NCBI GenBank assembly: GCA_963758865.1
Contig: CAVWWY010000014.1
Location: 39,581-103,580 of the forward strand
Direction: 5' to 3'
From: an uncultured bacterium
GTDB taxonomy: Bacteria; Actinomycetota; Thermoleophilia; Solirubrobacterales; 70-9
DNA length: 64,000 bases
Program-made: the position numbers and the translations under genes
In this document: in pieces, positions 49,006-59,649 of the stretch
How the letters are laid out: each line of letters begins with the position of its first letter
Position numbering within the stretch: the first letter of the stretch is position 1
The notes under the pieces: model-generated
Database searches by the model: none
Told to the model about the DNA's origin: nothing
The model's input: the letters and a program-made list of their open reading frames with translations, nothing else

Positions 49006-50531
49006 TTAGTGATTCCCGCTAGGCCCCGAGCCGGGCTCCCCAGAGGGCGTCGGATCCGGATGATGGACCCGACAAGTCGCGCCGGAGCACGTCTCGAGCT
49101 GGCGCAGGCGACTCGCGAGCGCGGACCTGACCGGCGCGTAGGCCAAAGCCTTTTGCCTGCTCTTGAGCTCGTACGGATCGATCTGCAGGTCGTAGAGCTC
49201 ACGCTCGCCGGAGTCGTGCTCGGCGTACATGTAGCGGGGGGTTCGGATCGCGCTCAGGGTCGGCTCCTCCACCAGGAGCTCCCGGTTGCGCTCGAGCCCC
49301 GGCTGCTGGGCAACACGGATCAGCGATCGCCCGTCGAACGCCACGCCGCTCGTGGCTTGCGTTCGCCACGTCGACGATCGTGGGCGCAAGGTCGGCGTTG
49401 GTCACCAGCGAGCCGACCCTCGTACCCCGCGGGATGCCGGGGCCGCGCATCTCGAACGGCACGCGAATCGATTCCTCGTAGATGTGCTGCTTGCCCTGGA
49501 AGATCCGGTGCTCGCCGTAGAAGTAGCCGTTGTCGGAGACGTAGACGACGAGCGTGTCGTCCAGCTCGCCCGTCGCCTTCAGGGCGTCTGACAACCTTCT
49601 CGACGCCGTCGTCCACTGACACCAGGGACTCGAGGGAGCACCGGTACTTGCGCTGGATGTTCACGATCTCACTCGGGGTGAAGCGCGAGCGATTCCGGAT
49701 CTCCGTCGGCTTGTCGGAGACGTCGGCTTCGTTGAAGTCGGGGGGCCTCGGCAGCGGCTCCGAGTCGAATGCGTGAGCGTGACGCGGCGCCGGCTTGGCG
49801 GCGTCGCCGCAATCGCCCGGCGGGTTCGGGTTCGGGTTGGGTCCCGCGGTGTGGGGCGCCTGATAGGTCAGCCAGAGGAAGAACGGCTGCGTCCGGGGCG
49901 CCCTGCGGTCGACGAAGTCGACCGCCTTGGAGGTCAGGACGTCCTGCTCGTAGTCCGCGGGATCGCGACCGTGATGGGCCAACGACCCGTTGTCGTTGAC
50001 CGTGTAGTCGTACGCCTTGACCCAGTTCGGGGCCACCGCGTGCCACTCGGACCAGCCGGAGGGAATGGCGGGCTGGTTGGCATAGCCATTCAGGTACTTG
50101 CCGATCATCGCGGTGTAGTAGCCGGCCTGCCGCAGCCAGACCGCGAGGTTGTTGTGGGCGTGCAGCGACTCGAATCGCTGGTAGCCGCCGTCAGGCGGCT
50201 TGTTGGTGAGCACGCGGTGGTTGTGCGCGTACTGGCCGGTGAGGAAGGTGGCGCGCGAGGGGCAGCAGAGGGAGAAGTTGACGAAGCTGTTGGTGAACGT
50301 CACCCCCTGATCGCCGATCAGCGAGTTGACGTTGTCCATCACCTTCATCGACTCGAGCGTCTGGTCGTCGGACATGACCACGACCACGTTCGGCCTACTC
50401 TGCGCGGCGGTCGCCTGGCCGGGGCTCGCCGGCTCGGTGCCGTGCCAACCCATGGCCGCGAATCCCGTCAGACAGACCACGGCGAGGACCGAGATCAGCG
50501 AGCGGCGGCGAAGCCATGCGATGCGCTTCAT
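49006..50531 (-). pseudogene. Cys-type sulfatase, paralogue 2; two frame breaks
   Basis: N-terminal 330 aa in ORF 49320-50717 (MSDDQ, CCPSRATFLTGQ). VSDNGYFYGEH in ORF 49199-49594. C-terminus in ORF 49006-49389. Breaks near 49590 and 49370. Confidence 0.85.
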
Positions 50532-50589
50532 CTCCCTGCGCATACGGGTTGCGACCCTAACAGGGCAGATCCGCTTGCTGTTAGGGTCG

Positions 50590-52053
50590 GTGGGGGTGAA
50601 GCCTGGGTGGGCAGTCGGCTGGTGGTGCGTGGGCGCAATGGCGGTCTCGGTGCTCGTGCTCGCGCTCTGGCCTGCCGGTGCCGGGGCCGAGCCGCTCTCG
50701 AGCCAGGCGCGCTTCAAGCTGCCGAGCCTCTTTCCGAGCTACGCGCCGAAGGTGCACGACTACACCGTCCGGTGCAAGAACCGGCCGGTGACGGTCAAGG
50801 GCCACGCTTCCGGGGGCTGGGAGATGGCGGTCGGGGACCGCCCCTTCCGCACCGGTGACTTCAGCGCAGGGGTCCGGCTGGCGACCGGGCAGGCGTTCGA
50901 GATCATGGTGCGGAAGATCGGCGGCACGCTCGATTACCGCTACCACGTGCGCTGCCTGCCCGGCAACTTCCCCGGGTACACCTTCACCCGGTATGGCAGC
51001 GTCTCTCCGCAGTTCTTCTCGGTGGATCAGTTCTACGTCTATCGGAACTCCACCGCTCAGTACGCCACCATCTTCGACAACCGCGGGGTGCCGATCTGGT
51101 GGTACCACACGCCGGCGTGGAACACGAGGGTGCTTCCGAACGGCAACGTCCTGTGGTTCGATCGCGCATCCTCTCCTGGCAGGTGGACGGTCCACACCCT
51201 GGACGGGACACTCATCCGAACCCTCAACACGGTGGGCCGAGCGGCCAATCAACACGACCTGCAGCTGCTCCCGAACGGTGATTTCCTGGCCGGGACGTAC
51301 GTGAAGCAGAGCAACGTGGACACGAGCGCCTACGGCGGCTCCAGGAACGCCACCGTCATCAACGCCGAGCTGCAGCACGTGAACACCGGTGGCCAGCTGG
51401 CCTGGCGCTGGAAGAGCCAGCAGCACATTTCACTGGCCGAGACTGGGCGCCGCTGGGGGTGGATCGTCGACCACCCGAACGCGGGCGCCTACGACATCCT
51501 CCATTGGAACTCGATCGAGCCAGACGGCAACTCGGTGATCGCCTCTTTCCGGCACCTGGACGCCGTCTACAAGATCAACAAGAACAACGGCGGGATCGCC
51601 TGGAAGCTGGGCGGGACCAAGACGCCGAAGAGCCTCAAGGTGAAGAACGACCCCCTCGGGTACACGTTCGGCGCCCAGCACGACGCCCGCCTGCTCCCCG
51701 ACGGCACGCTGACGGTGTTCGACAACCGCACCAACCAGGGAAACAGCACGCCTCGCGCGGTGCGCTACCGGATCGACGAGGAGCAACGGACGGCGACGCT
51801 CCTGCAATCGATCTCCGACCCGGCGGTTCGCGGCTCTCGCTGCTGCGGTTCGGCGCGTCGCCTGGAGGATGGGGACTGGCTCGTCGACTGGGGCCCGAAC
51901 AACCCGATCGGCGGCTATCAGGCGAACGGCCGGCGAACCTTCCACCTCACCTTCGACTCCAACTTCAGCTACCGGGCGGAGCCGGTCCCGGTCGGGGCCG
52001 TCACGTCCGCCGACCTGCGTCAGGCCATGGACGACGTGTACGGGGTGCCCTGA
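50590..52053 (+). CDS. Arylsulfotransferase (ASST)-like secreted beta-propeller protein
   Basis: Signal peptide. The repeated WxxxG/HD..LPNG blades (NQHDLQLLPNGDFL, ILHWNSIEPDGN, AQHDARLLPDGT) resemble ASST-family proteins. The call is from memory of the family, not a search. GTG start at 50590 or 50596; ATG 50638 is also possible. Confidence 0.6.
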   Translation: MGVKPGWAVGWWCVGAMAVSVLVLALWPAGAGAEPLSSQARFKLPSLFPSYAPKVHDYTVRCKNRPVTVKGHASGGWEMAVGDRPFRTGDFSAGVRLATGQAFEIMVRKIGGTLDYRYHVRCLPGNFPGYTFTRYGSVSPQFFSVDQFYVYRNSTAQYATIFDNRGVPIWWYHTPAWNTRVLPNGNVLWFDRASSPGRWTVHTLDGTLIRTLNTVGRAANQHDLQLLPNGDFLAGTYVKQSNVDTSAYGGSRNATVINAELQHVNTGGQLAWRWKSQQHISLAETGRRWGWIVDHPNAGAYDILHWNSIEPDGNSVIASFRHLDAVYKINKNNGGIAWKLGGTKTPKSLKVKNDPLGYTFGAQHDARLLPDGTLTVFDNRTNQGNSTPRAVRYRIDEEQRTATLLQSISDPAVRGSRCCGSARRLEDGDWLVDWGPNNPIGGYQANGRRTFHLTFDSNFSYRAEPVPVGAVTSADLRQAMDDVYGVP

Positions 52054-52059
52054 GGCGGC

Positions 52060-53580
52060 TCAGGGCGACGGGTCGGCCTGACGGACGCGGCAGCTCGCCC
52101 CGGAGCAGGTCTCGAGCTTGTGGAGCCGGTTCGCCAGCACGGACCGGGCGTTCGCGTAGGCCGGATCGTTGTGACGGCTCCGAAGCTCGTACGGGTCCCC
52201 TCGGAGGTCGTATAGCTCCTTCTCGCCGGTACTGTGCTCGGCGTACATGTACCGCGCGGTGCGGATCGCCGCGAAGTTGGGCTGCTCGACCAACAGCTGG
52301 CGACCGGCCTGTCGATCCCCGGCTGCTGGGCGACTCCGATCAGCGAGCGGCCGTCCATGACCAGGCCCGGAGTCGCGTTCCCGGCGTCGACGATCGTGGG
52401 CGCCAGGTCCGCGTTCACGGCCAGGTCGTCGACATCTTCGCCCTGCTGGGATGCCGGGGCCCCGCATCAGCAGGGGCGACCCTGATCGCCTCCTCGTAGA
52501 TGCGCTGCTTGCCCAGCGGGATGCGGTGCTCTCCGTTGAAGAATCCGTTGTCCGACGTATAGATGATCAGCGTGTCTCGAGCTCGCCCGCCGCGGTCAGG
52601 GCGTCCACCACCTGCTTCACGCCCTCGTCCACCGACAGCAGCGACCCCAGCGCGCACCGGTACTTGCGCTGGATGTCGGAGACCTGACTCGAGCTCAAGA
52701 AGCGGGAGGTTTCGGATCTGCTTCGGCTTGTCGGAGACGTCCGCCTCGTTGAAGTTGGGGGGTTGGGGCAGCGGCTCGGTGGCGAAGGTGAGCGCGTGGC
52801 GGGGGGCGGGCTTCGCCCCACCGCTGCAGTTGAACGGCGGGTTCGGATTCGGGTCCGGGCCGCCGGTGTGCGGGGCCGTGTAGGTGAGCCAGAGGAAGAA
52901 CGGCTTCGGCCTGGGGGCCCGGTCGTTGACGAAGCCCACCGCCTTCGAGGTGAGCACGTCCTGCTTGAAATCAGTCAGCGCATGGCCGTAGCTGACCAGC
53001 GTCCCATTCTCGTTGAGGGTGTAGTCGTAGACCTTCTGGTCGCTCGGATACGGCGCGGCCTGCCACTCGGACCAGCCGGGCGGAACGGGCGGGTTGTTCG
53101 GCGTAGCGGTTCAGGTACTTGCCGATCATGCCGGTGTGGTAGCCGGCGCGCTTCATCCAGACGGCCAGGTTGTTGGCTCCGTGCAGGGACTGGAAGCGCG
53201 TGAAGCCCCCGTTCGGGGGGGTGTTGCCGAGCACGCCGTGGTTGTGCGCGTACTGGCCGGTGAGGAAGGTGGCGCGCGAAGGGCAGCAGAGCGGGAAGTT
53301 GACGAAGCTGTTGGTGAACGTCGCGCCCTCGTCTGCGATCAGCGAGTTGACGTTGTCCATGACCCGCATCGACTCGACCGTCTGGTCGTCGGTCTCGATC
53401 ACGAGCACGTTCGGTCGTGGCGGGGGGGCGGCCACCGCCTCGCCGACGGTCGCCGGGTCGGTCCCGCGTGCCAATCGTGGCCAGCGCGCTCACCACGCCC
53501 AGCGCCCGCGAGGGCCGACACCAGGAGGCGCCGCCTCCGAACCGGAGCGCAGCGCCTCCCATGCGCTCGTTCACGCTCAT
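52060..53580 (-). pseudogene. Cys-type sulfatase, paralogue 3; at least five frame breaks
   Basis: Pieces in ORFs 52975-53679, 52971-53474 (ETDDQ, CCPSRATFLTGQ), 52415-52957 (TSDNGFFNGEH), 52567-52821, 52020-52418 and 52060-52467. Confidence 0.85.
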
Positions 53581-53614
53581 ACCGAGCCGGCTTGCCTGCT
53601 GATTGCCTCCGCCA

Positions 53615-55127
53615 CTACGGGAAGGCGGGCTCCGGCTCGTGCACGCGGCAGCTCTCGCCGGCGCAGGTCTCGAGCTCATGGAGCCGGTTCGCCAGCTCCG
53701 CCTTCACCGCGGCGTACGCGGGGTCGTCGTGGCGGCTCAGGAGCTCGAACGGATCGCGCTGGAGGTCGTAGAGCTCGCTCTCGCCCGTGTTGTGCTCGGC
53801 GTACATGTAGCGCCCAGTCCGAATCGCCTCGAAGCTGGGCTCCTCGACCAGGAGCTGGCGCCCGTTCTCACTCCCCGGGTTCTGCGCCACCGGGATCAGC
53901 GACGTTCCGTCCATGACCAAGCCGGCGGTGGCGTTCGCGACGTCGACGGCCGTCGGCGCGAGGTCGGCGTTGATCACCCGGTCGTTCACGACCTTACCGC
54001 TTGGGACGCCCGGCCCGCGCATCGCCAGCGGCACCCGGATGGACTCCTCGTAGATGTGCTGCTTGCCCGCGGGGATGCGGTGCTCTCCGTGGAAGAAGCC
54101 GTTGTCGGAGGTGAACACGAGCAGGGTGCGCCCGAGCTCGCCCTGGGCCCTCAGGGCCTGGACGATCTCCTTCACCCCGTCGTCGACCGAGAGCAGCGAC
54201 TCGAGCCGGCAGCGGTAGGAGCGCCGGATGTCCCTGATCTGGTTCCGGCTCAAGGAGCCTGCGGTTGCGGATCTCGGCCGGCTTGTCGGAGACGTTCGCC
54301 TCGTTGAAGTTGGGCGGCTTCGGCAGCGGCTCGGTTGTCGAACGCGTGCGCATGGCGCGGCGCCGGCTTCACGGTGCCCTGGCAGTTGAACGGCGGGTTC
54401 GGGTTCGGGTTCGGCCCGCCGCCGTGTGGCGCCGTGTAGGTGAGCCAGAGGAAGAACGGCTTCGGCTTCGGCGCGCGGCGGTCGACTAGGCCGACTGCCT
54501 TCCTGGTCAGGACGTCCTGCTTGAAGTCGGCCACGTCGGTCCCGTAGTGGACCGGGGTGCCGTTCTGGTTGAGCGTGTAGTCGTAGGCGTTCTGGGTGTT
54601 CGGCGCGGCCCCGAACCACTCGCTCCACCCGGCGGGCACGACTGTCGCCCGAATAGCCGTTCAGGTACTTGCCGATCAGCGCCGTGTGATAGCCGGAGTC
54701 CTCGCATCCACGTGGCGAGGTTGTTGTTGCCGTGAAGGGCCTGGAAGCGCTGGAACCCGCCGGTTGGCCCACCGTTGGTCCTCACGCCGTGGTTGTGCTC
54801 GTACTGCCCGGTCAGGAAGGTGGCGCGCGACGGGACAGCACAGCGCGTGGTTGACGAAGCTGTTGCGGAACAGGGCGCCCTTGTCGACGATCAGCGAGTT
54901 GACGTTGGGCATGAACTTCAGCGACTTGAGCGTGCTGGTCGTCGGTCTCGATCACGACCACGTTCGGCCGCAGCCTGTGCCGCGGCCGGTTGCTCCAGGG
55001 TCGCCGGGGGCGTTCCCGAGGCGATCGCCGCCAGCGCGCCGATCAGTCCCAATCCGAAGGCCGCTCCGAGGAGGCGGCCTCGAATCCCCGCCTCGCGCCT
55101 CATCATGAGCCCTGCTTGCCTCGCCAT
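53615..55127 (-). pseudogene. Cys-type sulfatase, paralogue 4; at least four frame breaks
   Basis: Signal peptide in ORF 54918-55127. CCPV.. remnant in ORF 54676-54912. Middle part in ORF 54250-54639. C-terminal 200 aa (TSDNGFFHGEH ...) in ORF 53615-54772. Confidence 0.85.
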
Positions 55128-55222
55128 GTCCCCCTCCTTCGTTTGAACGTCCCGTTGTCAGCGTCAACACGCCGATGGGCAGAGAAGTAGCGGTCATGCC
55201 GGGAAGGGCCGGCGGCGGGCTC

Positions 55223-56353
55223 TCAGCGGGCTCCGAGGTTGGCCCGCAGGTCGAGCACCCGCTGAGCCGACCGCTCGAACCGCTGCCTGCCGAGTCGGCC
55301 CGAGCGCAGCTTGCGACGCAACACCCGCTGCGCGTGCAGGGCGCCGCGGTAGTCCGTGAACAGCAGCAGGTCCGCGCCCGCGCGGGCGGCCGCGAATCCC
55401 GCCTTGCCCGGCCCGCCGAAGCTCCGCGCCGCGACGGTCTCCAGCGCGTCCGTGATCGAGACCCCGCGAAACCCCAGCCGGTTTCGCAGTTCCCCGGTGG
55501 CGATCCGCGCGGTGAAGGCGGCGGGGCGGTGCGAGAAGCTGGTGTAGATCGCGGTGCTGATCATCACCATGTCGCCCTTGCGAGCGACCAGCTTCTCGTA
55601 GGGCCGCTCGTCGATCCGCCGCAGACGCGACCGTGGCAGGCGGATTCGCTGGACCGCGACATCGGTGTTCTCGAAAGCAGCGCCCAGCCCGGGGAAGTGC
55701 TTGGCGGTGGCGGCGACTCCCCGCTGCTCGAGCGCCGCCGCGAAGGGAATCGCCGTCTTGATCACGCGGCCGGGGTGGGACCCGAAGCTTCGGCGCTCCG
55801 CGCGAATCGCGCTTCCATGCCGGCCCACGTCCAGGACCGGCGCCAGATCGACGTTCACCCCGACGCGTTTCAGGCTTCGCGCCGTCCTCTTTCCCTGCCG
55901 CCGGCTGTAGGCCTTGCCGCGCCGGCCCATCTTCGCGGCGGAGGCCCCGGGTGGACCGGGCAGCCGCTTCACGAGACCACCTTCCTGGTCGATCATCACC
56001 AGCATCGGGTTGCGCAGCCCGCGCGGGCGCCTGATCCGTTGCAGACGGCGGATCAGCCGCCTTGCATGGTGGCGACTCCCCAAGTTGTCGTCGAACAGGA
56101 TCACGCCCGCCAGCCGACCCCGATGGATCGCCCGCTCGAGCCGCCCGGGGATCCGGCCACCCTCGAATCCGGCGATCAGCCGCTGGCCGGCAAGCTCCGC
56201 CGCGCTGAGGTCGCGAGCGTCCGCCACCCTCTCGCTCGCGTCGCCGGCGCCATCAGTTCCGTCCGCGAGGACGATCCAAAGCGCCCCGGCGATCGCCCCG
56301 AGGCCGAGCAGCGCAACCGCCCGCCGCCTCCAGAAGGTCAGCTTCCCGGGCAA
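55223..56353 (-). CDS. Glycoside hydrolase family 3 N-terminal-domain protein (NagZ/beta-hexosaminidase-like), membrane-anchored or secreted
   Basis: MIDQEGGLVKRL, NVDLAPVLDV, KHFPGLG. TTG start at 56353. Intact 376 aa. Confidence 0.8.
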   Translation of the reverse strand: MPGKLTFWRRRAVALLGLGAIAGALWIVLADGTDGAGDASERVADARDLSAAELAGQRLIAGFEGGRIPGRLERAIHRGRLAGVILFDDNLGSRHHARRLIRRLQRIRRPRGLRNPMLVMIDQEGGLVKRLPGPPGASAAKMGRRGKAYSRRQGKRTARSLKRVGVNVDLAPVLDVGRHGSAIRAERRSFGSHPGRVIKTAIPFAAALEQRGVAATAKHFPGLGAAFENTDVAVQRIRLPRSRLRRIDERPYEKLVARKGDMVMISTAIYTSFSHRPAAFTARIATGELRNRLGFRGVSITDALETVAARSFGGPGKAGFAAARAGADLLLFTDYRGALHAQRVLRRKLRSGRLGRQRFERSAQRVLDLRANLGAR

Positions 56354-56410
56354 GGGAGCAATCGTACGCCGAGTGACGCCTATTTCCGCGCTGACTGTGC
56401 CTCATCTTCC

Positions 56411-56472
56411 TGAATCACTTGCGGGCGCCTTCGGCGCCCTGACACGCCCCTTTCGGAGCTAAAGCTCCTCAC
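56411..56472 (-). repeat. Single copy of the double-hairpin intergenic repeat (forward form on the minus strand)
   Basis: The reverse complement reads GTGAGGAGCTTTAGCTCCGAAAGGGGCGTGTCAGGGCGCCGAAGGCGCCCGCAAGTGATTCAGG. It lies in the divergent GH3/bioB intergenic region. Confidence 0.9.
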
Positions 56473-56528
56473 CCAATAAGCGGCGTCCGGACGGCGGCCT
56501 AGCCTGGTGTCCCGGCCATGACTCCCAG

Positions 56529-57734
56529 ATGGCTGATCCCACGATCCCGCGCCGCCCCCGGATGTCGTCGCTGATCACCTTCGACGAAGCGATGGCGCTG
56601 GGCGAGCTCTCGACCCAGGCCGAGATCATGGCGCTCATCGAGCGCGCCTGGGAGGCGCGGACGGAGCGCTTCGGCGACTCCACCGACATGTGCTCGTTGG
56701 TGAACGCAAAGTCCGGCGGGTGCGCGGAGGACTGCGGATTCTGCGCCCAGTCGCGGTACTCGGAGGCCGACACGCCGATGCACGCGATGATGGACCCGGA
56801 CCAGATCCTCGAGCACGCCAGGGCGGCGGAGGCGGCCGGGGCGCACCGGTTCTGCATGGTCACCCAGGGCCAGGGGTTGTCCAAACGCGACTTCGAGAAG
56901 GTTGTCGAGGGGGCGAAGCTGGTCGCCGAGCACACGAACCTGAAGCGCTGCGCCTCGATCGGGCACATCTCGGCCGAGCGCGCCCAGCGCCTCGCCGACG
57001 CAGGCATCCAGCGCGTGCATCACAACGTCGAAACGTCACGCTCCTACTACCCGGAGGTCTCGACCACGGTTCGCTACGAGGGTCGCGTCCGCACGATTGA
57101 CGCCGTCAAGGAAGCGGGGCTCGAGACCTGCGTCGGCGGAATTCTCAACCTCGGCGAGACGCCTCGCCAGCGGGTGGAGATGGCCTTCGAGCTCTCGGAG
57201 ATCAACCCCACGTCGGTGCCGATCAACCTCCTCAACCCGCGGCCGGGCACCAAGTTCGGCGACCGGACGCTGATGGACCCCTGGGAGGTCGTCAAGTGGG
57301 TGGCGATCTTCCGGCTGATCCTTCCCGATGCCCTGTTCCGGCTCTGCGGCGGGCGAGTCGAGAACCTGGACGAGCTCCAACCGCTGGCCGTCAAGGCGGG
57401 CCTGAACGGGGTAATGATGGGCAATTTCCTGACCACGCTGGGCGCGGAGCCCGCGGACGACCGGGCGATGTTCGAGGAGCTGGGGCTGAACGTGGCCCGG
57501 CAGCCCGACAACGGCGCCAACCCGCGGCCCGACAACCGGGCCGGCCGACTCGAGGGCTCCACGCCGGCCACGCCGATCGACGCGCTGATCGACAGCCAGG
57601 CCGAGGCGAACTTCTGGGATCCCTCGACGCAGCTGCGCGTGGTCAAGACGCGTCGCAAGCCGCCCCCCTATCCCGGGCCGGCCTCGGGCGCGGACGAAGG
57701 CGCCCTCGACCAGCCGGCGGGCTGGGGAGACTAG
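56529..57734 (+). CDS. bioB: Biotin synthase
   Basis: Radical-SAM CAEDCGFCAQS, plus GAHRFCMV, VHHNVETS and CVGGILNLGE. Intact 401 aa with a Pro-rich C-terminal tail longer than the E. coli enzyme. Confidence 0.93.
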   Translation: MADPTIPRRPRMSSLITFDEAMALGELSTQAEIMALIERAWEARTERFGDSTDMCSLVNAKSGGCAEDCGFCAQSRYSEADTPMHAMMDPDQILEHARAAEAAGAHRFCMVTQGQGLSKRDFEKVVEGAKLVAEHTNLKRCASIGHISAERAQRLADAGIQRVHHNVETSRSYYPEVSTTVRYEGRVRTIDAVKEAGLETCVGGILNLGETPRQRVEMAFELSEINPTSVPINLLNPRPGTKFGDRTLMDPWEVVKWVAIFRLILPDALFRLCGGRVENLDELQPLAVKAGLNGVMMGNFLTTLGAEPADDRAMFEELGLNVARQPDNGANPRPDNRAGRLEGSTPATPIDALIDSQAEANFWDPSTQLRVVKTRRKPPPYPGPASGADEGALDQPAGWGD

Positions 57735-57749
57735 GCCGACGGCCTCCCA

Positions 57750-58962
57750 ATGAGCGACGTCCGCGATCGCCTCGAGGAGCTGCGGGCGGCGGGCCTTCAC
57801 CGACGGCTTCGGGTGATCGAGGGGCCGCAGGGCCCACGAGTGACTCTCGACGGCTCCGAGGTCCTCCTCCTGTGCTCCAACAACTACCTCGGCCTGGCCG
57901 ACCATCCTAGGGTTCGCCAGGCGGCGGCCGACGCCGCCGAGCGATTCGGGGCCGGGGCCGGGGCCTCCCGGCTGATCTCCGGGAGCATGGAGCTGCACGG
58001 GCGCCTGGAGCAGCGGGTCGCGGCCTTCGCCGGGTATGACGCGGCGCTCCTGTTCGGTTCCGGCTACCTCGCGAACACCGGAACGATCGCCGCGCTTGCT
58101 CGCCGGGGGGAGGTCGTCTTCTCGGACGAGCTCAACCACGCGAGCATCATCGATGGCTGCCGGATCTCCCGCGCGGAGCGCTTCGTGTATCGGCACACCG
58201 ACCTCGAGCACCTCTCCTGGGGCCTGCGCAAGGCCGACGGCCGGGGCTCGCTTGATCGTCACCGACGCGCTGTTCTCGATGGACGGCGACGTCGCCCCGA
58301 TCTCGGGACTACTGGACGTCGCGCGCCGCTACGGGTGTCGCCTGATGGTGGACGAGGCCCATGCCGTCGGCGCGCTCGGTCCAGGCGGGCGAGGAGCGGT
58401 CGCCGAGGCGGGGCTCTCCGGCGAGGTCGACCTGATCGTGGGCACCCTGGGGAAGGCGCTCGGGAGCTACGGCGCCTATGTCTGCGCGAGCCTCGAGATC
58501 GTCGACCTGCTCACCAACGTCGCTCGCCCCTTCATCTTCTCCACCGCTCTGCCCCCGCCGGTGATCGGAGCGGCCCTCGCCGCCCTCACCCTGCTCGACG
58601 ACCAGCCCGGTGTTGTCGAGCACCTGCGGCGAAACGGCGCCCTGCTCAGGGAGGCGCTGGCGAGCCGGGGGCTCGACCTCGGCACCTCGCGCACCCAGAT
58701 CGTGCCCGTGATGGTCGGGGACGCGCGCGTCGCGGTGGAGCTCTGCGAACGCGCGCTCGAGGGACGGGTGTTCGCCCAGGCGATTCGGCCTCCGACCGTG
58801 CCCGACGGCACCTCGCGGCTGCGGCTCTCGGTGATGGCCAACCATCGCGCCGACGAGCTCTCGGCGCGCGGCGAACGTGATCGGCGAGGCCGCCCACCAG
58901 CTCGGGATCGGCTCGCCGAGCCCGCGGTTCGGCAGCTCTCCCGCCTGGCGCGGGCCGCGTAG
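57750..58962 (+). pseudogene. bioF: 8-amino-7-oxononanoate synthase; at least two frame breaks, 3' end uncertain
   Basis: LLCSNNYLGLADHP, SGYLANTG, DELNHASIIDG in ORF 57750-58880. MVDEAHAVG and the PLP-lysine context GTLGKALG in ORF 58036-58962. Breaks near 58245 and about 58866. Confidence 0.85.
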
Positions 58963-58977
58963 ACGCACGGCGCTCGT

Positions 58978-59649
58978 TTGCGCGGCGTCTTCGTCACCGG
59001 GACCGGGACCGAGGTGGGCAAGACGGTCGTGGCGGCGGCGATCGCGAGGACGATGGCCCGATCTGGATCGAGGGTGGCGGTCTTCAAGCCGGCGGTCACG
59101 CGGGCTCGACGACGGAGGGGAGGCCGACCACGCCCTCCTGCGCCGTGCCGCAGGCATCGGCCCAATCCGACGACGCGATCTCCCCGTACCGCTTCGGCCC
59201 GCCGGTCTCACCGCATCTCGGGGCGGAGCTCGCGGGGGAGCGGATCGAGCCCGAGCGCCTTTTGGGTGCCGCACGGAGGGCCGGTGAGGGCGCCGATTAT
59301 CTCGTCTGCGAGGGCGTCGGCGGCCTGCTCGTGCCGTTGACGCTCGGCTACTCCGTGCGGGATCTCGCCCGCGAGCTCGCGCTGCCGCTCGTCGTCGCCG
59401 CCGGCCCGGGCCTGGGGACGATCAACCACACCCTGCTCACCCTGGAGGCGGCGCGGGCCGTTGGGCTCGATGTGTGGCGTGTCGTGCTCACGCCGTGGCC
59501 GGAGGACCCATCCGTGCATCGAGCGGTCCAACCGCAGCTCGATCGAGCGGCTCGGGAGGATCCCAGTCGAGGTACTGCCTCGACTCGATCTGGCCGCGCC
59601 GGATGCGTGGCCGGCTCTGAGCGCCGAAGGGCCGGCGTCAGAGAGCTAG
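58978..59649 (+). pseudogene. bioD: Dethiobiotin synthase; three frame breaks
   Basis: P-loop FVTGTGTEVGKT in ORF 58978-59340. GLDDGGEADHALL in ORF 58877-59287. ISPYRF..VCEGVGGLLVPL..GLGTINHTLLT in ORF 59145-60614. C-terminus in ORF 59461-59649. Confidence 0.85.
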
